Below the pieces are notes generated by a model that saw only the letters and a list, made by a program, of their open reading frames with translations, was not told where the DNA came from and did no database searches. This document shows, piece after piece, positions 34,515 through 48,900 of a DNA stretch of 64,000 nt. The DNA comes from Hyphochytrium catenoides. Its lineage: Eukaryota; Protista; Hyphochytriomycota. The stretch is from assembly GCA_900088475.1 (NCBI GenBank), contig FLMG01000971.1:54597-118596 (forward strand). Reading direction: 5' to 3'. The translations under genes were made by a program, and so were the position numbers. Every line of letters starts with the position of its first letter. Position 1 is the first letter of the stretch.

Positions 34515-37500
34515 CTACGTGCGTTGTTGGTGAGTTTTGGCAGTCCCCGGTGAATCTGTGGACCCTATTGCTTGCGGAGTGCTCAAGGTGCCTGAAGAGG
34601 GCTTAAGCGGTATGATGCTCGCCAAGATACTGGGCTTGATTCCCTGCTGACTTGATCCAGATGGAGAAGAAGCGCGCAGTGGAGCTGACTGAAGGGGAGC
34701 CACGCTTGTAGATGCCCCTGGCCGCCCAGATTTGGGAGAGCTGCCTTGAGATCCCCTCCCTGTGCTTAGAGGACCTCTGGCTGTTCCCAGCGATGCTCTT
34801 CCTGTCGGTGGAATGACCTCATGGACAGCACCTTTATAGCTATGCTCTGCTTAGGGTCGTTGCACATGAGCATAATGAACCGTTATATACTTTAAGCGGA
34901 GTGAAAAGAGTTGACACAACCACGAATGACGATTTTATAGGAAATGAGCTTGGGAACGATCAGGAGTAGATGTGGAGATAGTAAGAGTGATAGCCTAAGA
35001 ACTTCTGAAGCACGGAAGGGGTTTAGAAAGGCCCTTACCGCTTCCGGGTCCTACGAGAAGTTTGATCTGTTCTCGAAGGCGCTTGATTTCCAGGCGCTGC
35101 ATCTCGACCTCCTTGGCCTTCTCCTCGAGCTCCTCCTTCAACTGCTCTGCGTCCATCTTGCCGTGCTCCGATCTCTTCTCTGTGTTTGCTTGCTCTTTAG
35201 AATCTCCTGGATCAAGGTGAATTGCCGAGACTAACTGTCCCACTTTGCGCGAGCTCTTATGGTAGCTAGGATCCACGGAGTGGGGCCTGCTCTTTGCGGT
35301 CTCTTGCTGCTGAAGCTTCTGAAGGAGGGATGGGGTCCACTGCTGATCTTTTTTACCACTTTGGTTTCCATTCTCCTCCTTGGTTTCTGGAGGCTCTCTT
35401 TCTCCGCTGCCGAACCGTCTAACAAGCTGATGGCTCTTGCGATTTGCCTCCTTCAGCTGGGAGTGCAGCTGCTGGACCTTTTGTAGCAGCTCCTTGTTCT
35501 CCTGTTTAACGATAGTAGCCAGGACGTAAGAAGCAATTAAGCGAAAGGGAGTGGATACGCTTTTCTTCTTTCTACCTCCTCCCTATCGAGCTGTAAGGAA
35601 CGCGCTAATGCACAACTGTGTGGCAGTTATGGCAAGGGAACGACCCTTAAGTAGGAAGGCTCGAAGGATAGAGAGGGAAGTTGTTGTCCAAAAGGAAAAG
35701 AGCAAAAGAGGAAAAGAAGTATTTTAGCAATAGCAAGACAGAAGAGCTGCGGCACGAAATATGATGCATCTGCTGGCAAAGGACGTAACCCACCATTCTT
35801 AGAGTATTGCATTCATTGAGTAGGTGTGTGTTCTCTGACAGTTTGGTGCTGTGCTTGGTGGTCGCATCATTCTTGCTATGCTTGATGGACTTCTTCAGGA
35901 CAGACACCTTCACACAACATGGTCAGCCTCATAATGGGCCGAAGCGCAATAAGAGTGAGGACTAGCCTCCATAGTTCCGAAAAACTTAGGAGATGCTTGA
36001 GAAGGAAGAGGGAGGAGAAGGTGCAATGCAAAGACAGAATTTGGGTGTGAGCTAGGGATCTAAGAGGAGTGGTAGTCGAACCTGTTGTTCCATATACTCC
36101 CTCTGCTTGGCTGCCTCAAGCATTGCTATAGACCAATCTAGTGCCAGTTCCTCTACCTCGCCGTCTGCTAGACCCTTTACGTCTTCGGTCACAGCTTCTG
36201 CAGAAGAGCGAAAGAGGAAAATGTCTTGTTAATCATGTGGAGCGGTAAGTTCCCCATAGAGTTAAAGAGGTGCTGGCGCTTCTTCCTCCAAACCCACTTA
36301 AAGCGGTCACAACCTTCGCCCTTCTCAACCGTGTCACTTATTTTAGTAGCGCTCTAGGCCATTGTGGCCAACACGCGTGCGATAAGTCCGTTAGGAACAA
36401 GCACACGGTATAACAACTTCACTATGCTTCCTTTAGGTTCACTCCATAAGTTCAACGTGTCCCCATGGCTTGGCAACCCTTTGCAGTCTCTTTTCCTTCG
36501 TAACTATCTTGTCACAGTCTTAAACCATCCCATCACTTACCAAACGACGTAGCGACCGGAATCGCTGCTCTTTTTCCTTTATTCTTCGTCTTCTCTCCAA
36601 TAACATAGACCTTGTACGCATCCTTAACGGCATCCTCAATATCCTTGGGAAGAGTTAGATTTACGATGCGGGTCAAGTCGCGACTGAATGCAGCAATCTT
36701 GCTTTCAAGCTCTCTCATATGCTGTCTAAGGCTTTGGACCTGAGTTTATGGAGGGATAGGAGAGGGAGTATCAGCTGAGGAGATCAACGCGGCGACGTGA
36801 TCTCTGGAGCAGCCTGGCCCCAAAGAGTTCCTTTCACCTCCTGTCTGCAAGCACCTCAACCCCAATATATGCCTTCAAGTGCAAACGACTCTTGCTGTTG
36901 CTGTCTGTCTAGGTCTTGCTTCAACTGGAGTGTCTGTCCTTGACGACGTATTTTACCTCTGAAGCCATGGAGTTTATTTTCCTGTCTTTTGACTCAAGCT
37001 CTGCATGGAGGTTCTTCTTATTCTTATACTCCGTCACGAGCTCCTCGTACATCTTGTTGATGTGGGTTTCTAAGTTGCTGATATGTGTAGTCACGGGCTC
37101 ACGCTCCGCTTTCAATTGCTGCGGTACGTTTGAATGGGGAGCGACATGGGTTCAGTAGGGAGTTGCACATGGAGATGGAAGCTAGTGAAGTTTCAGAGTC
37201 GGAGTCGTACACTGCATTAGACAGTAGTCCATGAGCAACAGTGCCAGGGATAACGGCCACTGAAAGAGCCCGGTGGTAGTTGAACAATCGTAGTGAGAAG
37301 GCAAAGCGAGACTTAGAGATGTAAACGCATGGGCAGAACGGCCAACCTGTACTCGACTGTCCAGAACGAAGCGGAAGTTCTCCAAGGTTTGGTTGGAGGC
37401 CCTGAGCTCCATAATGATGCTGTCCTTCTCCGAAAGGGCTTTCTCCTGCTGCTCTATCTGCTGCTGGAAGTGAGTCATTACTGCCTCTAACTTCTTCTTC

Positions 37501-40500
37501 TTACTTTTCTCGGCTTGCAGTAGAGCGTCTGCAAGGAGAAAACGGACCGAGAGCATATGATAACCAAGTAGGGAGAGGGGTAGCATAGTGTCCCTGTCTT
37601 TGCATTCTTTCTTCCATTCAACTTTTTGCCTGTAAACATCTTCTTGCCTAGTAGCGGCGAACTCCTTCTTGCCCACTTATACATAATAAGAGGCGATCCA
37701 GTCTCATCTACCTCGCCTACTGCTCAGCGTACCTGCACTCTGAGAGGCTGTTCTCATTTCCGTCAACTTCTTCTGCAAGGCATCTAGTTTATTTTTGTAG
37801 GCAGTCAGCTGGCCTTCGGTTACCGCGGTGTTCTGTCTCTCTTCTCCAAGCTGGGCTTCTCCTATCTTTCTGAGCTACAATGCGGACAGGATGGTTAATA
37901 GTCTCTTCCTTCTCATTTGTCGCAGATCAATCCTCTAGCAAGGCTATAGCTTCCCAAAATAGCAACTCTTGTGCCTCAGTGTTACTGTCTCCGAGTCCCA
38001 GCAATCCAATGCCTTCTCCCTGTAAACCCTCTGGTATATCTCTTTCTGTCTCTTTTGCTGAAAACTTCCAGCTACTCCGTGTACCTGCTGGATCTCTATT
38101 TCATATTCCTGCTGCTGTTGGGCTAGACTCTCCTCATACTTGCTCTCATGGTAATGCAACTCCTCCTGGAGCTTCGCAATGAGGTCTGCCTATCAAAGAA
38201 TTAGACCTTTAGTCTAGAATGAACAAGAGAGGGATGCACGGCGGAAAGGGAAGAGGTTGAACTAACATTTATATGTGCGTGGGACAGCAATGGTAAGGCA
38301 ATCCACATGACCCTTACAAGAGACTGAGGAGATAGTAAACGGAGGCAAAGAGAACGAAAACAGCGTACGTAAAACCGAGAGCCAAGAGAAAGATAAGATG
38401 TGTGAGCCCATTGCGTACCTGCTCCTGCAAGACCGTAGCTTTATTGGCCTCAATCTGCTGTAACATTCGCTGGAACTCTTCCTCCTTCTCCTTTAGTATC
38501 TTCTCTTGATCCTGTCTCATAGTTTCTAGTTCTTCGGACACTTTGTCGTAACGACACTGCTCCGCCGCCAAGCGCACTTCATACTGACTAGATAGTTCCT
38601 ATACGCGATTGAAGGACGTGAAAAAGCGGCGAGTAGTGAAGGAGAACATCGACAGAAGTAGAAACAATGGTGATAATAAGACGCCAGCAAAAGAAAGAGA
38701 AGAGAACGCTAGTTTCTCCCTACTCGAAGTGGAGACAGAGGCGAAAGAAGAAATTGAGATGATCGACTGCGAACATGCGAAGGGAGGCCTCGCCGACCTT
38801 CTCAACAAGACTTTCCTACCTGCGTGAAGGTAACCTGGTCCTTGTTTCGCTGCATGAGCTCCACGGCGTGCTCTCTCTTCAACTCCTCCAGTCGATTCAC
38901 CAATTCGTCGTGCTTATGTGTCTGGGAAAGAAGGGCACGCTTCATCTCTTCCTTCTCCATCTTTACTTTCTCCTGCCATTCGATGTCCTTCCTGTGGATG
39001 TTATAGTCCGCGTCGGCCTTCATCTGAACCGGCAAAGGGCGGGAAGAGCATGGAAGAGCCAAAGAAGAATGGAAAGCAACGTGAGCCACAGCTCAAGGAT
39101 CTTTGTGGATCTCGTAGCCCTCTTCCCGCCAGGGAGCTTTACCTGTTCTAGCTTGGCCTTTAGATCTGCGATAAGCAGCTCTTTCTCAGAAATCTCTTCC
39201 CCACTGACCAACACTGCGTCATAGTTGAAGACTGATTTATCGGGAACCTCAAAAGGTATCTCTTGCCCCCTCTCAATGAGGTGAATGGCAAAGATAAGAA
39301 CGGACCCATCCTCGGCCGTGCTACAGGACAGGGAGAAAAGACTGAATGAGCAAAAAAGAGTAGGACTCGAGAAGAGACGCAACCGAAGGGAATGACTGAC
39401 ATCTCCAATGTGGAGAGATATCGAGGCAGCAAGCATGGGGCAGCAAAGGACCAAAGGACCATTCCTTTGCGGTGCAGTCACACGCGCGTAAGAACAGTTT
39501 GGACCCAAAGATGAAGGAGAAGATAGACAAACGAGAAGCGGGTGTAGTGTCTAGGCTATCGGAGAGACAACAAGTTAGGAAGCGTCTAAAGAGAAGACTA
39601 TACGCGACTATGAGGAGAATTGAGCAAAGTCTGAGCAAGTTAAAATGCTTACCTAAAGAGGAAGTGATTATCGTCAGAAAGTTGAAGTTGAGTCACGGGT
39701 GCTGCATGCGCGTAGAACTCCTGATAGTCCGGCTCTAAGGGCCAGCTATAGACCCGAATGGTCCCGGTGACTGTCCCCACATAGAGATAACGAGACCGTT
39801 TACATAATATAATGGGGCTTGTGATGATAGTCCCGATGTCAATCACCTACGGCCATAATGGGATGAGGTAAAGCATATTCAGCTCGCGCTAAGTAGGTCT
39901 ACAGAAGAACCAGAACCAAGCGTATCCACATCTGACAAGCGGCGCGAGCGCAAGAAGGAATCTCGAGAAAGAAGAATATGAAGTGTGACACTGTCTCTCT
40001 TCTCTGAGAAGTGTGAGATGTCTGAAACCCGGGAAGGCGTTGAAAGAAAAGACCAAAGAGCAGAAGACGAAGAACCAAGTCATCTCTGCCCTACATCACC
40101 TTCTTCTCATCACCCTTGCTAAACTCTCGAATCAATCCGTCGCTGCCAGTTGCGACCAACAGATCTTGCCCCGTCCGATCCACACAGATGCCGGAGAACT
40201 GGCGCTGTTTGACCACATACTGACTCGACTCGATCCGGACACCTAGACCGGACAACAGGGGAAGATTAAACAGCGATAAGAAGGAGTGTGGCTGAAGATA
40301 AATGACTTGAGAAGCTTAAAGATAGCAATAAGATGAGGAGAAGTCTCAATATGCTCCGCCAGATAAAGGGAGAAAGATCGCTAAAGTTCAAAATACGCCA
40401 GCTTCTGGCAGATGGCACGGTCATATGATCGTTGCTAGATGTGTTTCATCATGTTATCGCCTACTGCCATGCGCACTTTCCGTTTGTGCTTCCGTAGCTT

Positions 40501-43500
40501 ACCTTGGATCAAGTCCCAGCCGTACAGAGCCCCGTCACTACCCCCTGTGTAAATCTTCATATCATCCTCAGCAAAGGTTAGGCGTCTTATGGGTCCAATG
40601 TGCCCGCTGAGGCTATATAGCAGCTCGCACTAGACAGATGGCAGCAGGCTGTTCAGTCATGTTACAACGAAGTCAGGAAAAGCAATATAGAAACTTCTGC
40701 GGTAAGCCTGAACAAGATGAATAACAGGAAAAGGCTGGGAAGGGGGCAAACTTAATTGAATGTTTTTCTTACTGAGTAAGCTTTGTAGACGACGAGGGTG
40801 GTGTTGGCTGCACAGGCGAAGAGGTGTCCGCCGTGGCTGTAGTGAACGTCCCTCACACCCTTCACTGGAAGTTCCTTGAAGGTCCGGAGAGAGTCTAGCA
40901 TTACGTTGTAGACACGAAGCTTCTCCTTGAAACCAATCAACGCCTAACGGGCCAAGAAAAGTCAGAAGGAGACAGACAGCACAGAAGAAGCGGAAACGTA
41001 TCCATAAACATAGGATCAATGGATAAAGAGACAGGCGTACGCGCGTCGAATAAAGAACGGGACTAATGGGATAGGGAGAAGTACCGCCTTGAAGAGGAAG
41101 GAGGACCCTATCGAAAGAGGTTGACAGCCCTACCTGAAGACCAGAGGGATGGAAGGCAACCGAAAGTGGTTCCTCTGGCAATTTCTGACAAACCTCACAC
41201 GATTTGGACACATAGTTCCAGACTCTGGCTGTTTTGTCCATGCCCACCGTGATAAGTAACGGCTTCTGAGAGCAACTGTCTAGCCCTAAGACAGGGCCGT
41301 TGTGAAAGCCCTACGCAACGAATAGAAGAACGAAAAGAGATTGAAAAGAGTACATTAGGGTGGGAAGGGAAAGAATTCAAACAATATGTTCACATAGCCA
41401 TGGGGTTCATGGATGCTTTAAGAAAAGACGCAAGCTGAAGGGAAGGCTATGCCAGGGAGACTAAGGGTGAGCTTAGAATAAAAAGAAGAAACAAGAAGGC
41501 AGTGAATCCAAGGTAACTAGAGAGTGTGGTCATCTCATCTTCTCATGTTCTTCCACCTCTTATCCGTGTGTGATCTTCGGGCTTAAACCCATTGTCCCTA
41601 GCTAACTCCTTTGGATTACCTGTGGAATGTAGTCTTGAAGCTTAAGCTCATCATCTTTGAGGACATCGATATTGGCCAGCGGAAAGAACAGGAACTTTCC
41701 ATGCTTGCTTACGCAAAGCGCTGAGTCCCCGTGAGAAGGGGAGACGGTGATGGACCAGATCTGCTCTTCTCCTTGAGGGACGGACCGGATGAGGATATAC
41801 GGAGTGATTTTGTCGTCCTAATGGCGGCATTCGCCGATCCCACACATATGAAAGAGCAATAGAAAGAGAGGAACCACAAAAATTAATCCGAACCTCTGAC
41901 CTTGACCCTGACTGCATGTGCAGTTGAAAGGACCTCTCACTTTATACTTCCTCCATCTTGCTCCATTTGCTGTGTCACTTTCTCTCATGCTAAGGCGGCT
42001 ATCCCTAAATGTGATGTGTCGGCCCACCTGCAGCCATCGATTATTCTTACCGTCTTTTCAAATAGCCTCAGACTAGTCCCATAACCAGCCGTAAGAAAAC
42101 CTTTGGCCCAGACAGCAATGGTGGTGTAACGAGCTGAGCCCTCAGAAGGTGGGATAACCTGCCTAACCTCCAAACCGCTGTCGGTTTGCTCTATAATCGT
42201 AATGCCACCCTGCGTTGCGATAGAGTGAGAGAATTGAAGGTAACGGCAGGTAAAAGGTCAGACGGTAGCGTGGGATGATAGAATCAAGATATACGATGTT
42301 CTAGGCGTGTGCTGGCTGATGACAGGTCTCCAGGCTGGGATTGGGACGCTTGGTACAGGAAGTCAGAAGTCAAAAAGTCATATAAGATTGAGGCAGGTAT
42401 AAGAAGAACCAGGACAATGGTTGCAATATGATTTGTCCCCAAGACACACCTGGTCGGTAACAACTACCAGCCTTCCATCCTTAAGCCAAGCATGGTCGGT
42501 GAAGTTCTCCTGCTCTTTCTTTCCCGCAAAGATAGGAGTGATCTTCTCCCCTTCCGTCACCGTCCACATTCTAAAGTGATTCTGTCCACTCGTGGTAATG
42601 ACAGAAGAGTTCTTCGGCTGGAAAGAGAGACGAGAGATCATCCCTGGTACAAGCAGAGAGTGCAGAAGAAGTTCTTTCTCCCAGTCCCAGTAAGCGAGGT
42701 GCACCTCTGGACCTTCACTTTGTGCAGCGAAGAACTTGGAGTCCGCGCTAAAAGCACAAGAGATGAAAGAGCCAGCCATGGGATAGATTACACGCCGCAA
42801 GAGCTTCCTCGACAGGACATCAAAGAAGAGAACCTGTAGATTGGGAAAGGTTACTCTCAACCACACATTTAAGGCAAACATCTGAGAGGAGAGGATAAGA
42901 CATTCAGATAAAAAGATTGCGAAAGAGAGGGAGGACCCAGACAAGGAATGGCAGGGGTTAAGTCCGAGCCACTCTGTGAGCACATCTAGGAAGGCACGTA
43001 GAATTGAGCATGAGTGGGAAAGAGGGACGGAGATCTCGCTTGACACGTAAAGAGAATCTCCACTTGAGCACCATTTTCTCCTTCTCTTTTCCCTTCTCTT
43101 TTCCGCCTCACCGTAGCAAAACCCCCAGGGCCAGCCGAGCTCTCGCAGACAGCAACTCTCTTCTTGTCCGGGCTTAGACAAAGAGAAGAGATAGATCGTT
43201 GAATGCCTGGAGACTTAAGGAAGAGCATTTCGTTTTCTGCATGCTGATACATCGCCACGGTCCTTCCAATTGGAAATATAAGCCGCTTGTCGTTGATAAA
43301 TTCACAGGCATTGCGGATGATAGAGTGCGTCCCAAAGGCGCGACTAGAGGTGGAATGGCCCGAATGAAGTTACAGTCAAGGTAGAAAAAATTTAGAGAGA
43401 AGGGGAGAAAGTTAAGAGTGTGAGAGACCTTGAAATTGTCAGTGTAGAGGGTAACTTGTGAAGATGGCTGAGTATACAGAGCAAGGACGAAATAGAGAGA

Positions 43501-43956
43501 CGAGACCCACGATAGAGAGGAAGGTGAGGACCGCAGTAGAAGGTGATAATAACCCTGATGAAGCGTTAGAGACACCGTTTAGAGAAAGAGAAACTTGACA
43601 GGGAGAGGTTAGGACACGCGCGGCATCCGAGAGTACAAGCAAGTGTAGTCCAAAGTACGGGGACTGGGCGACCAGGAAGAGGGGAAGAGGGGATAAAGGC
43701 TGGGAAAGGAGTCGAAGGCTAGCGAGGGAAGACCGCACAATATCTCCAGCTTAGCTCCAGTCTGCAATGACCCAGTGATGGCGTTTCCCTTGACTGCATT
43801 GGCGGTCGCTCCTCCTCCCGGCGCCATTGAAGAGGGAACCTGTGTCACACTTTGACTCTGACGCCCTGTCGCCAAGGGCGTCTGGAGCTTTCTCGTCGAG
43901 CTCCCAGCATTCTGGCTCCCTGTCCGGCCTAGCTGCTGAAGCCCTCGGTTACTCAT
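34515..43956 (-). CDS. CFAP57: Cilia- and flagella-associated protein 57 (WDR65)-like, WD40 repeats plus long coiled coil, multi-exon
   Basis: Motifs include LCLSPDKKRVAVCE, AFSADSKFFAAQ, DKTARVWNY, LSVAFHPSGLQALIGFKEKLRVYN and the C-terminal coiled coil with NQTLENFRFVLDSRV and ENTHLLNECNTLR. More than 20 GT-AG exons join in frame. Confidence 0.88.
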
Positions 43957-44626
43957 GTTAGCTGCCAGCAAGGACTAATGCTACAACACCATCAGGACCA
44001 GTAATGGCAAGGAGGAACGGACCCTCCTAACAAAACCTAGCTACACAGCATGCTGAGAGCTCAATCTATGACTAACTCACACCCCTCTCGCCATCCTACA
44101 GACATCACTTTAGAGCTGACAGGAGCAATGGCGAACCTGTACGAAGCTGAGAGAGACTTCAAGCAGCTCCCGACTGACGGCATAATTACAAGGAGTTCAG
44201 ACAAGAGTGCAGATGAAGATTATTGCGTTCTCAAGCTCCATCTGTCGTACGACGAAGCACGAGACTCCGCTATTTGGCACCCCTGAACCCTAACAGGCGA
44301 AACCTGACATGCGTACAGACGAAGCGTTATTTCGGAGTTTTGTACAGTAACGGCATGACTTATTCTCACACCTCCTCCAGGAGCACTGAATGTTTGACAA
44401 TGATAAATCTTTTCAGACAGATCTCAGTATTGTTGAGCGCTGAGGCTGCCAGTCTCTTCTTTATTGTCTGCCTTTCTGCATACTGCATGCTCATGGAGGC
44501 GAGCAGGTGTCTCCTCTGACGATTCTCCATCCTCGCTCACCTTGCGTAAGTAGGACGAGCGGGCGCAGAGGTTGCAGAAGGATAGAAGAGGCCGCTTCCG
44601 AAACCCGATAGCGCCCAGAAGGAAAG

Positions 44627-45779
44627 ATGGAGGCTACTTTGCTTGGGAAGACTTTACGCCTTCTTTTCTCGACCGCTACGGATGTCGCTCTCGTCCCATC
44701 GCTCTTTGCAATGGCTCAATATCGTCGGCACTTCGAGCTTTTCCTTGGAATGGCCCAGGTGGGCTCCGCTCTGCTATATAACTTCTGCCAGTCCGTGGGG
44801 GGAGATCTGTACCTGACTGAGGGACAGTGGCACAAGGTCAATAACGTGCTTGTGGTGGCATACATACAGCTGCTTGCCATACATCTTCTAGTACATGAGG
44901 ATGAAAATGTTAATATTATCTTGAGGTAAGGAGATTAGGAAGGAGCGAAAACCCGGGAGATAGGGCTAGGAACACGGCGACAAGGAGTCGAGAGACAATA
45001 GAAAGAGGCTCAGCACTGAGAACCAACACTGAGATCTAGAAACAATGTGAGCTTACGACAGGGCACGTATGTCAACAAAATAAGTGGAGACAGACCCCAA
45101 AGGATATCCTCTGTTCTAAGCCTTTTATTTGTTTGAGTACACCTCGTGACCTGCTTGTTTCTCGCGCTCCTCTGTACCTGACTATTTACAGATATCTGGC
45201 CTTCTCCCTGTCTGTCTTGACGCAAGTTCGGGATGGTTTCTGGATGGAGTCCTCCCACCACACGATTGTCGTTGTCTCTCTGGCCATAGCAGCACCATTT
45301 GTGAAACATGTACGGGAGTTTGCGCTTAAGAAGAAGAAGCCTCCATTTGACCCTGATAAGCTAACCAGAGGGCTAGCTTGTGGCGCAGGTCGGTGCCTCA
45401 GTCTCTCACTTCCTCTTGGTCGCTTAACTTAAACACCAACCTTTATTCGCTCGCTACTCTACCAATGCCATGCATCCCCCTTCAGAGTCTTGCTTTCTTC
45501 CTCTCACCGTCCTCACTCCCGTTGCACTCATATCGGGCTTCAGCTGTTCTTCTCGCCCATCGTTCTTGTTTTTCCTAATTTTCATCCGTACATTCGCTCT
45601 TGCTGTTGGCAGGTGGAGGACTTGTATTCCTTATCTCTCTTTCAGGCTTTGACAGTCTTCGATTCTTTCATGGCTGTGCCCACCTTCTCTTTGGCGCCGC
45701 TCTCTGGTACCTTTGGGGCATTGTCCCCAATCTCAACAAGAAGTTTGATGTCAACCTTAGAGCGTCGTCGTGGGCATGA
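44627..45779 (+). CDS. Multi-pass membrane protein, CREST superfamily / TMEM8-like, 3 exons
   Basis: About 7 hydrophobic helices, with motifs SALLYNFCQS, LYLTEGQWHKVNN and C-terminal RFFHGCAH (HxxxH). Exons at about 44627-44925, 45192-45388 and 45613-45779. Confidence 0.65.
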
Positions 45780-45971
45780 TTAAAGACAGAGGGCAAGCAA
45801 TATATAACAGTTAGAGACCCTTGTAGTGACTTTTGAAAAGACGTGAAAAAGCCGCCTCCATCAGGATGCTGTTGGACTACCAAGGGCGAACTGTCCCTAG
45901 TGCCTTGGGAGTGACCGGAAAGAAAGCGGAGAGTAAGGAGCCTTCTGAGATGAGGGGCACCATTTTCTCTC

Positions 45972-48900
45972 TTAAGATTTTGGTATAGGAGTGAGACCTA
46001 GTCTGTCTAAGCACTTCTTCTCAACGGACGTCCCGTTTAGATTTAGCTTCTCTAGCCGCGTCACGTTCGCCAGCAGGAAGGTGACATCTGTCATCATTCT
46101 TGAGGAGAGAGAGGCAAAGAGCAGATAGGGAAAAGTGTTGATCAGTGGACACCATGCATACATCTACTGGTAATCTATTCTCAACAACGACTCTCTTGGC
46201 CCCGGTCCCTCTTTGCATCTCCCTACATTATACTAATAAATCGCTCCAAGAGACTTTCCATGTCTTTCTCTCTGCTAGCTGCCTAGAATGATATGCGAAC
46301 CTGTTCTTTCCCTTCTCTGTAGTAGGAGGTTCCCCTATCAATTCTGGAATTTTCCTATCGAAAAGGTCCATCATCCTAGTAAATATCTCTTGGAGTTGCT
46401 CAGGGGGAAGAAACTGAGCTAAGACTTTATGGAGTGTGACCGTTCCCTTCACGACCACACTCAAACAATCTGTTGGCACCTTGAAGTCCTCTTCGCTATC
46501 CCAAGGAAGGCTCTAGGGAAGTGGCATAGAAGCCAAAGCGGTAACAAACTCGTTAGTGACATTCACCTGGTCCTCTTCGAGCCATGGTTGTGCGGGTTCT
46601 CGATTCTAGCCTTGGCCTGAGCCGTGCTGCCTCGCAAGACACCTTTCTCTACCCATCTTGATGCCAACCCTCCTCCAGACTTAGCAATGCAAAGTAGTTG
46701 TCCAATCTATTCCCATAACGCTGTCTCTAAGTCGGATTTTAAACGCCATGTTCCTATTTAAATCGATTGGTCTATCCACCCCTGTTCAACGCTCATGTAT
46801 ATAGCAGAGTTATCCTTACTTACCCTCCAGCGACCTCCAAAACAGCTTCTCTCAAGAACTTCTTCGACTATAGATATAAACTTCGAAAATATATTCCTAG
46901 AATGCTCCATGTAGTCCTAATGGTCGCGGAAAGCGTAGATGTAGACGGATCAGCACTTTGGTGTCTCTTACAAAAGGTAAAAGGCCCGAACTGGGTGCTA
47001 TCAGTAAACATCCGAGGATATAGTCGCTAACCTGACTACATCGGTCCAGTTCTACAAGGAGCAATCGCTGTTTCGGTGGGAGATGAACGGCAAGTGCTGC
47101 TTTGATATGCGGGAGCTCGGCAAGGACGAGACCTAAGCACTGGGACGCAAGAGCTACAGCGCGAAGTCGGACGAATCGTTGGCCACGGGTGAAATATAGA
47201 AAGAAATGTAAGTCTTCGGTTCGCGGATACAACTAGAAGTGCAGAGAAGAAGAGGTGCAAGGAGCATCAGTTTGAGGAGGCACAGCGATGTCTAGCTTCC
47301 ACGAGGTAAAGTTTGGAGAAGGCGCTTGAATAAATAGCTCCATGTAGAGGTAGAAGCCCAATTTGTCGCTTACCAAGCTGCTTGGAGGTAATACTTTTTA
47401 GACCTGCCACTTGCATAGCTCCGGCACCTAGCACCAACTGCGTGGTCTTCGAATTGAAGAGCTGTCGTGCACCAAAGGATGAGCGTCCAAGGGAGAATTA
47501 GAGAGAGAGATCGTCACATTGGGACGAGAGTGATAGTGTGCTGGCAGGGAAGTGCCAGATCTTTGGAGAAGCATAAGGACACTGTTTTTAGGAAGCTGCG
47601 TTCTAACCAAACAAAGGAAGCCTGGACTACTGCACGTCATCCAAAGAACTCAATGGATCCCAGCCATTGTTCTGGAGCTGAAAAGATGAGGAGGGTGCGC
47701 AAAGAAAATCCAGCATTGCCTTACCCTCAAAAGCTCTACAACCCGCTGCAAGATGTCCGTTGTAAGTGCTGGGAACTGATTCGCACAATGGAGATAGTGG
47801 ATGAGGATCTCCAGAAGAAACAGGCAAGACCAGACCTGCAAGATGCGGGCAAGATCGGAGGCAGGGGGTTAAAAAGGCATTCTCTGCGATCTGCAAAGCG
47901 CTTGACTCGACAGCTTCGTTACCGCGAACAGAATAATACATGCATCAATCAGGCGAAAAGCAGAGTGCTACGTACCACCCTAAACTGCTGCCCCTCCACT
48001 TCAACGTGCTTATTGAGAGAGGGGTTCTCAGAGGCTTCATCGGATGATTGATGGCTGGTGTCTGCCGAACTGGGATTGAACTTCCTGCAGGTTATAATTG
48101 TGGCTGAGCAACTGTTCCTTACAGAGGCCTTCCACAGGCGCTTAATGCGTGTATCGTCAAAAGACCAATAAAGTAGAGGTTGTACCGAACACAAACAGCA
48201 GAGACATAAGCAATGACATTTGACGGTGACGATCATGGCGTAGGAGAAAGGAAGACAAGCGACACGAAAGAATAAGCCAATGAACACATACCCATTTGTG
48301 AGAGAGTCTACCGTCTGCTGTCTCTCTGGAGATACTGACACCTGCTTCCACTTCTCGTTCATCATAGTCTCCAAGAGAGCACTCTTTTGGCTCTCATGAT
48401 GGAGATCGAGAAATCGTTTCAACTAGAAGATGGAAGAAAGTGGGAAAAGAGAGAACATTAGATCTACTACATGCCCTAAGGACCAGGTTTCAGACCCGAA
48501 GACCTCCTGCCGAAGCATAGGAACCAGCTCAGCAACTGCGGCATCTAGAGTATCCGGATAGAACTAGTTATTGAAGGAGAAGGCTATGCAGAAGAAGCCG
48601 AGAGATCATTTGCAGAGAGTAGATCAATGGAATAATCTGGCTTCGCTCCCCAAACTCCTTTACCTGAGCGAGCAGGGTGCCTCTTAGCGTGTACCCCGTT
48701 GTTCCTGTCATCTGTTCTATCTCAAGGATGAAGCGCATGCAGACGTCCCATAGCTTACTTAGTTGTACCAGCTGATACTTTGCCTGTTACGTGCAAGCTA
48801 TATTAGTAAACTCCTGGGCGTCTCGTAGGGGTTTACGTTTTAGCAGGAACGAGCATAAACGAGGATTTACATAACGGTCCCGTTGTCAAAGGTGAGAAGC

